Positions 59,125 through 64,000 of a stretch of 64,000 bases of DNA are shown here, one piece after another (the first letter of the stretch is position 1; each line of letters starts with the position of its first letter). The notes under the pieces were generated by a model, which searched no databases, was not told where the DNA came from, and was given only the letters and a program-made list of their open reading frames with translations. The stretch comes from Spirochaetia bacterium (GTDB taxonomy: Bacteria; Spirochaetota; Spirochaetia; UBA9216), in NCBI GenBank assembly GCA_963675665.1, contig OY776510.1:1696001-1760000 (forward strand), given 5' to 3'. The position numbers and the translations under genes are program-made.

Positions 59125-61194
59125 ATGGAGGTTAGATTTGCTTTATATGCTGTGCTGGGAGGAAGTATTATTGCCCTTTTTTATGCATTGGTTAGAGCAC
59201 GCTGGATATTCAGGCAGGAAGTGAAGGACAAAAGATTGAGGCAGATTGGAGGTTATGTCTCGGAAGGCGCAATGGCCTTTCTAAGCAGGGAGTATAAGAT
59301 CCTCGTTCCGTTTGTTATTTTAATAGCAGCTTTTCTTGCAATCGGAAACCGGGGAGCAATAAAACTGCAGTCGATCTCATTCATACTGGGTGCAGTCAGT
59401 TCTGCTTTGTCGGGATTCATCGGAATGAAAGTTGCAACAGCAGCCAACTCCAGAACAACACAGGCAGCTTCCGACAAGGGTTTAAACGGGGCGCTAAAGG
59501 TTGCATTTTCAGGCGGCAGCGTAATGGGAATGAGCGTGGTCGGGTTGGCGCTTCTTGGCGTTTTTATTGTTCTTGCTGTAACAACAAGCCTTTTCGGGCA
59601 TTCAAGCGAGACACTTGCAGATACTATTCTGCCTATTATTACGGGGTTCTCACTTGGTGCATCTTCAATTGCATTGTTCTCACGGGTCGGGGGCGGTATT
59701 TTTACAAAAGCAGCAGATGTCGGAGCAGATCTTGTCGGGAAAGTAGAAGCTGGTATTCCGGAAGATGATCCGCGAAATCCCGCTACAATTGCTGATAACG
59801 TAGGTGATAACGTGGGAGACGTGGCCGGAATGGGAGCGGACCTCTTTGAATCTTTTGTAGGTTCAATTGCCGGAGCCATGATTCTGGGTCTTACCGTAAG
59901 CGCTTCTGAAGAAATAAAAATTAAGCTGATGCTTCTTCCGTTGCTGCTCGTTACTATCGGGGTGGTTGCGTCACTGATAGGTACTTTCTTTGTACGAACC
60001 AAACCCGGAAGTAATCCGCAGAAAGCGCTTAATGCCGGTACGTTCGGAGCCGGTGCCATAGCAGCAGTATTTGTATTTGTTTTGTTGAGATTTTATATCG
60101 GTAGTTCCGTTTTTAATAACGGGGCAGGAATGTATCATATATTCGGTGCAAGCGTAATCGGCCTAGTGTCGGGCGTCGTTATTGGATTGATGACCGAGTA
60201 TTTTACCGGAACTGATACGCGTCCCGTTACAGCAATAATGAAATCCTGTGAGACCGGTGCCGCGACTACGCTGATAACCGGCATGGGTGTAGGAATGCTT
60301 AGTGCGTTTCCCGCCATAATAATAATTACTGTAGCCATATGGGGCAGTTTCGGTCTTGCCGGTTTATATGGAATAGGAATTGCGGCAGTCGGAATGCTGA
60401 TTACTCTAGGTATCCAGCTTTCTGTTGATGCATACGGTCCGATTGCGGACAACGCTGGGGGGCTTGCCGAAATGTCGGAGTTTCCTCCGGAGGTGCGGGA
60501 TATTACCGACAGTCTTGATGCTGTAGGGAATACGACAGCTGCAATCGGTAAGGGATTTGCAATAGGATCTGCAGCATTAACCGCTATTATCCTTTTCACA
60601 TCGTTCAGGGAGCAGTCCGGAACTGAGACTGTTGATCTGACAAGTGTGCCTGTACTGGCGGGACTGTTGATTGGCGCGGTTATCCCGTATCTTTTCTCAT
60701 CAATGGCAATGTCAGCGGTCGGACGTGCCGCCTACAAGATGATTGAGGAAGTCAGGCGGCAGTTTCGTGAAAACCCTGGCATACTGTTGGAAGATGAGAC
60801 TCCGGATTACAAGAAATGTGTTGATATCAGTACACAGGCAGCTTTGAAAGAGATGCTGCTTCCCGGGGTGGTTTCAGTCGTTACCCCTGTTATAGTCGGA
60901 TTTACCGGCGGACCTGAGATGCTTATCGGGCTGCTTACGGGCGTAACCGCATCCGGTGTTGTTCTTGCAATTTTTATGTCGAATGCCGGCGGGGCCTGGG
61001 ACAATGCCAAGAAGATGGTTGAAGCCGGAGGCAGCGGCGGTAAGGGGTCGGAAGCCCATAAAGCTGCCGTGGTTGGCGATACTGTCGGTGATCCGTTCAA
61101 GGATACCGCCGGACCGTCGATAAATATTTTGATAAAACTTATGTCCATGGTGTCGCTTGTTATTGCACCTATGTTAAAATCATTCTGGGGGTAA
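59125..61194 (+). CDS. hppA: membrane-bound pyrophosphatase, K+-dependent (probably Na+-translocating)
   Basis: '[20 protein letters not shown]', 'DNVGDNVGD', 'GNTTAA' (Ala form = K+-dependent), '[11 protein letters not shown]'. Confidence 0.95.
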   Translation: MEVRFALYAVLGGSIIALFYALVRARWIFRQEVKDKRLRQIGGYVSEGAMAFLSREYKILVPFVILIAAFLAIGNRGAIKLQSISFILGAVSSALSGFIGMKVATAANSRTTQAASDKGLNGALKVAFSGGSVMGMSVVGLALLGVFIVLAVTTSLFGHSSETLADTILPIITGFSLGASSIALFSRVGGGIFTKAADVGADLVGKVEAGIPEDDPRNPATIADNVGDNVGDVAGMGADLFESFVGSIAGAMILGLTVSASEEIKIKLMLLPLLLVTIGVVASLIGTFFVRTKPGSNPQKALNAGTFGAGAIAAVFVFVLLRFYIGSSVFNNGAGMYHIFGASVIGLVSGVVIGLMTEYFTGTDTRPVTAIMKSCETGAATTLITGMGVGMLSAFPAIIIITVAIWGSFGLAGLYGIGIAAVGMLITLGIQLSVDAYGPIADNAGGLAEMSEFPPEVRDITDSLDAVGNTTAAIGKGFAIGSAALTAIILFTSFREQSGTETVDLTSVPVLAGLLIGAVIPYLFSSMAMSAVGRAAYKMIEEVRRQFRENPGILLEDETPDYKKCVDISTQAALKEMLLPGVVSVVTPVIVGFTGGPEMLIGLLTGVTASGVVLAIFMSNAGGAWDNAKKMVEAGGSGGKGSEAHKAAVVGDTVGDPFKDTAGPSINILIKLMSMVSLVIAPMLKSFWG

Positions 61195-61197
61195 ACA

Positions 61198-61992
61198 ATG
61201 AAAGAATATAAATACGGCAATTATCTGTATATGATCTGTCATCCGAATCCGGCGCTTGTAGCATCACAGAGCGAACCCGAGAAGTTTGCCAGGCATTACA
61301 GCGCGGGTTCTACAAGGTATTATGACGGAAAAGTTCTGTTTGCCGAGCTGGATATTAATTTCAGGAATCCTTATTTTGATATAGAGCGCGGCCTTGAGCA
61401 GCTTGTTCCGCATGAGGACGGCCGGCCGAAAGCTACCAAGTTTATTTCAACATACCGGGTTCTGGAGCATGTAGATTTCGACAGCATAAAGAAGCTGTAT
61501 ATGGCTAATCCCGACGGATCCTGTTACGGGCTTGACCCTGTAGAATATGACAAGCAGCATAAACCTGACTTTTTAAGAATCTTTGCCGAAATAACACCGC
61601 TTAAAATGCTTGTGCTGTCCAGTTATGATTTCAGCCAGTACGGAAAATGGATAACTGATCCGTCAAACCCGAAGGGCGCCCCGAAGGTTCTTTATACCCA
61701 GTTTGATTTGACGATTGATGATTTTCTGGCTGATTTTGAAGCCAATCCTCTAATGCCTCCGCCGCTGCCTAGTATTCACCCTTCAAAACTTCGCGACGCT
61801 ATTTATGAGCTTAAAAGTGTTAAGGAGAAGGGTACCAAGGGGTTGAGTCTGGATATTTCCTTCAACAGAAAATCGTTCCGCCTGGTACGTCATGGGTTTA
61901 TGTTTGCTTCGCCTGAGAAGGAATTGTTTTTCCCGATGCCGTCTCTGGATAAAATTGAAAAAGATAACTATAAATTCTGGCGCAGTATGTGA
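61198..61992 (+). CDS. conserved hypothetical protein
   Basis: 264-aa ORF starting 3 nt after hppA, natural composition. Confidence 0.75.
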   Translation: MKEYKYGNYLYMICHPNPALVASQSEPEKFARHYSAGSTRYYDGKVLFAELDINFRNPYFDIERGLEQLVPHEDGRPKATKFISTYRVLEHVDFDSIKKLYMANPDGSCYGLDPVEYDKQHKPDFLRIFAEITPLKMLVLSSYDFSQYGKWITDPSNPKGAPKVLYTQFDLTIDDFLADFEANPLMPPPLPSIHPSKLRDAIYELKSVKEKGTKGLSLDISFNRKSFRLVRHGFMFASPEKELFFPMPSLDKIEKDNYKFWRSM

Positions 61993-62107
61993 TATTATAT
62001 AAGCAGGAATGATAAAAGTTACTTTAACATTCTAAAGTTTGCAGGCAGTGCTCTGCAAGCTCTACAATTCTATTCCGTCCAACGAACGGGAAAATGAAGG
62101 AGAAAGA

Positions 62108-62356
62108 ATGGCAAGAAATCAGGTAAGTCTGTTGTTGGGAATTATTTTGCTTGCTGCTGGAATTGCGGCGGCTGCGTACGGATTCTATATGTATACGAAT
62201 CTGCAGAATTCGGTAATGAACACACTGGAGAAGGCTTTTGTCGGTAGCACCGAAGGCGAAACACAGGCTTTTATCTTTATTGCTGCAGGCGCTGTAGCGG
62301 CAGTACTTGGTATTGTCTTTCTCGCGGGAAAAAAGAAAAAGCGACGCAGACGCTGA
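62108..62356 (+). CDS. small two-TM membrane protein
   Basis: AAGGAG RBS, two hydrophobic helices, basic tail KKKKRRRR. Confidence 0.65.
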   Translation: MARNQVSLLLGIILLAAGIAAAAYGFYMYTNLQNSVMNTLEKAFVGSTEGETQAFIFIAAGAVAAVLGIVFLAGKKKKRRRR

Positions 62357-62357
62357 A

Positions 62358-62954
62358 ATGTTAAGCTGGCGTTTAAAACTGCTGCTGATTATTACATTAT
62401 TTATGCCGATCCTGGTCTTTGCCCAGGACGGAGGCGACACTTCCGTTGAGCCCGGACCCGGCGATTCGCAAATCGGCGATTCTCAAATTGCAGAAGAGGC
62501 TGATGAAAAAGTTGACGGTGAAGGGTTTACGGTAAGTATTGATTTCCGGACCGGTGTTGATGTAATCGGCATAATCCCCGGTATTCCGGCTGTTGTCGGG
62601 GTGCCGATGTCCATCAGTTCGGATTCTGTTACAATTGTTCCTCATTTCGGTTTTATTTACTATTTTGATGTATGGTCCGATTTACATAATCCCTACTATA
62701 TTCCGTTGGGCATAAGCTGTCTTTATAATCCGTTGGCGGTGGGCGGCGACGTGACATACTACACACCGGTGGGGGGAACAAATACCACCCAAATGCTTTA
62801 CGCTTCTGTTATTTCAGAGTTGAATATCCTGAAGAAAGAAAGATTCAGCCTTAATTTCGAGGTAAAATTCGGGCCGATGTTTATCTTCGATCCGACCGGA
62901 ACCAGGGTGCAGATTATGGTAGAGACAGTTTTTATTCCGCGATATAAACTGTAA
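62358..62954 (+). CDS. secreted or outer-membrane hypothetical protein
   Basis: signal peptide ending 'VFAQD', acidic linker with GDSQI twice, beta-strand-like C terminus 'PRYKL'. Confidence 0.65.
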   Translation: MLSWRLKLLLIITLFMPILVFAQDGGDTSVEPGPGDSQIGDSQIAEEADEKVDGEGFTVSIDFRTGVDVIGIIPGIPAVVGVPMSISSDSVTIVPHFGFIYYFDVWSDLHNPYYIPLGISCLYNPLAVGGDVTYYTPVGGTNTTQMLYASVISELNILKKERFSLNFEVKFGPMFIFDPTGTRVQIMVETVFIPRYKL

Positions 62955-63015
62955 AAACAGTTGACTAAAATCTTAAAATAATCTAAATTACCCAAGCATA
63001 AATAATTATGATTAT

Positions 63016-63099
63016 GCAGCAGTGGTGGAATTGGTAGACACGCTAGCTTGAGGGGCTAGTGGGCATTCGCTCGTGGAGGTTCAAGTCCTCTTTGCTGCA
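63016..63099 (+). tRNA. tRNA-Leu(GAG)
   Basis: GCAGCAG/TTGCTGC acceptor stem, D loop GGAATTGGTAGAC, anticodon arm CTAGC-TTGAGGG-GCTAG, long variable arm, GGTTCAAGTCC; CCA not encoded. Confidence 0.95.
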
Positions 63100-63111
63100 A
63101 ACTTAAATAAT

Positions 63112-63144
63112 GAGGTTGGTCTTTTAAAGATTGACCTCTTTTTT
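63112..63144 (+). terminator. intrinsic terminator after tRNA-Leu
   Basis: GAGGTTGGTC...GATTGACCTC followed by T6. Confidence 0.7.
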
Positions 63145-63248
63145 GATTCGGATGAAGGTTTGAACCGGAGTGTATGCTGGACGAAAGCGTTATTCCTTGA
63201 AGATCAAACGTACACCGACCAGAAGTCAGGTTCCCGGGGAACCTGATC

Positions 63249-63581
63249 TCATATAACAATCTCGCACTTCGTTTTTTCAGATCTGTTTTTCCGATTTAAT
63301 ATCTTGCGTGTCATGCAGACGATCCAGTTCCAGTGAAGGATAAAATGTCCGAGCACTCCCGCAGCCATCACGATGCTGCTGATGCTGTGCAGATCCTTGA
63401 TAACCCAGCGATCCATTCCGAGTATGCTTGCTGTGAAATGGATGTTTCTTCCACCCTGAAAGCCGCTGCCGGACGGCAGGAACAGCAGCAGAATACCGCT
63501 TAGAACAGACAGTAGAAAAGCTGCGCCTGTTGCTATATCGATTATATAGTTGATTGTTGATCGATTTAAACCTTTATTCAT
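63249..63581 (-). CDS. DUF4405 domain-containing membrane protein
   Basis: 'NYIID', 'SGILL', 'LHSISS', 'HFILHWNWI'. Confidence 0.8.
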   Translation of the reverse strand: MNKGLNRSTINYIIDIATGAAFLLSVLSGILLLFLPSGSGFQGGRNIHFTASILGMDRWVIKDLHSISSIVMAAGVLGHFILHWNWIVCMTRKILNRKNRSEKTKCEIVI

Positions 63582-63898
63582 AAAAAGCCTCCAGTATTTG
63601 CTTTACTGAAACATTAACTCCTCCGTGTGAATAAAATGTGAAGGGATCTTAATGATTTCATGAACATGGATTTATCAGGTGACGGTTCTATGAGCGGTGC
63701 CGGAATATCTGCAGAGAAATGAGATTTAAACCTTAATTGTCGACAAATAAAAAACATATTGTTGATAATTACAACATAAAAGGCGAAGACTGGACAATAA
63801 AATTTATTAATAAATTTATAAAACCTTATTCACTAAGTAATTATGTATGTAATAAAAAAGTTGACAAATAAAGATTATAGATTTACAATAGGCACGTA

Positions 63899-63910
63899 TT
63901 GGTTGACCAA
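63899..63910. promoter_or_regulatory. FadR/GntR-type operator candidate
   Basis: TTGGT-TG-ACCAA downstream of TTGACA (63861) and TACAAT. Confidence 0.5.
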
Positions 63911-63940
63911 AGGAAATTGAATAAGGTTATGGAGGTTATT

Positions 63941-64000
63941 ATGTGCAGAATAAGTAGAAAAGTACTGTTCTTTTTGCTTATGAGTATGTGTGCAGTCGGC
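63941..64000 (+). CDS. 5' end of a probable exported protein (runs off the window)
   Basis: GGAGG RBS, ATG, signal-peptide-like MCRISRKVLFFLLMSMCAVG. Confidence 0.55.
   Translation, partial: MCRISRKVLFFLLMSMCAVG

Noticed and set aside
62460-62489. 15-bp tandem repeat
   Set aside because: Only two copies, encoding GDSQI in a low-complexity linker
63016-63099. tRNA-Leu as the partner of the att-like fragment at 16861
   Set aside because: It is on the opposite strand and has a different acceptor-stem sequence

Overview
Bacterial genomic window, probably Spirochaetota (judged from 'AGGKQE'/'ANGKSE'-type binding-protein signal peptides and the hppA neighbourhood; inference only). Most of it is accessory catabolic DNA. 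(1) 0-5.6 kb: DUF434, a frameshifted polyferredoxin/MarR/methyltransferase unit, and a PhnD-type binding protein paired with a HisKA_2 kinase. (2) 6.1-16.3 kb: an IclR-controlled sugar/cyclitol locus (IolD-like ThDP enzyme, RpiB/DhuI-like isomerase, split transketolase, ABC transporter, Gfo/Idh/MocA). (3) About 16.9-42.2 kb: an AT-rich island that starts at a tRNA 3' fragment (att-like site) and is bracketed by a 106-bp imperfect direct repeat. It encodes an FGGY kinase, GntR, an atypical ThDP enzyme, two GctA/B-fold heterodimers whose beta subunits lack the catalytic Glu, three CaiB/BaiF proteins, a double hot-dog protein, and TRAP and sugar-ABC transporters. It also holds a 1527-bp near-perfect internal duplication that creates a ThDP::CaiB chimera, and a third, decayed copy of the ThDP gene start. 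(4) Two IS66 elements without target duplications, a truncated IS256 and an IS3 relic. (5) A 7TM-LuxR/FG-GAP lipoprotein pair, a LacI sugar ABC/mannitol-dehydrogenase-family locus, an HTH-linked dxr, an acyl-CoA dehydrogenase, hppA and tRNA-Leu(GAG). No CRISPR array or rRNA was seen. All family calls come from motif recognition, not database searches.
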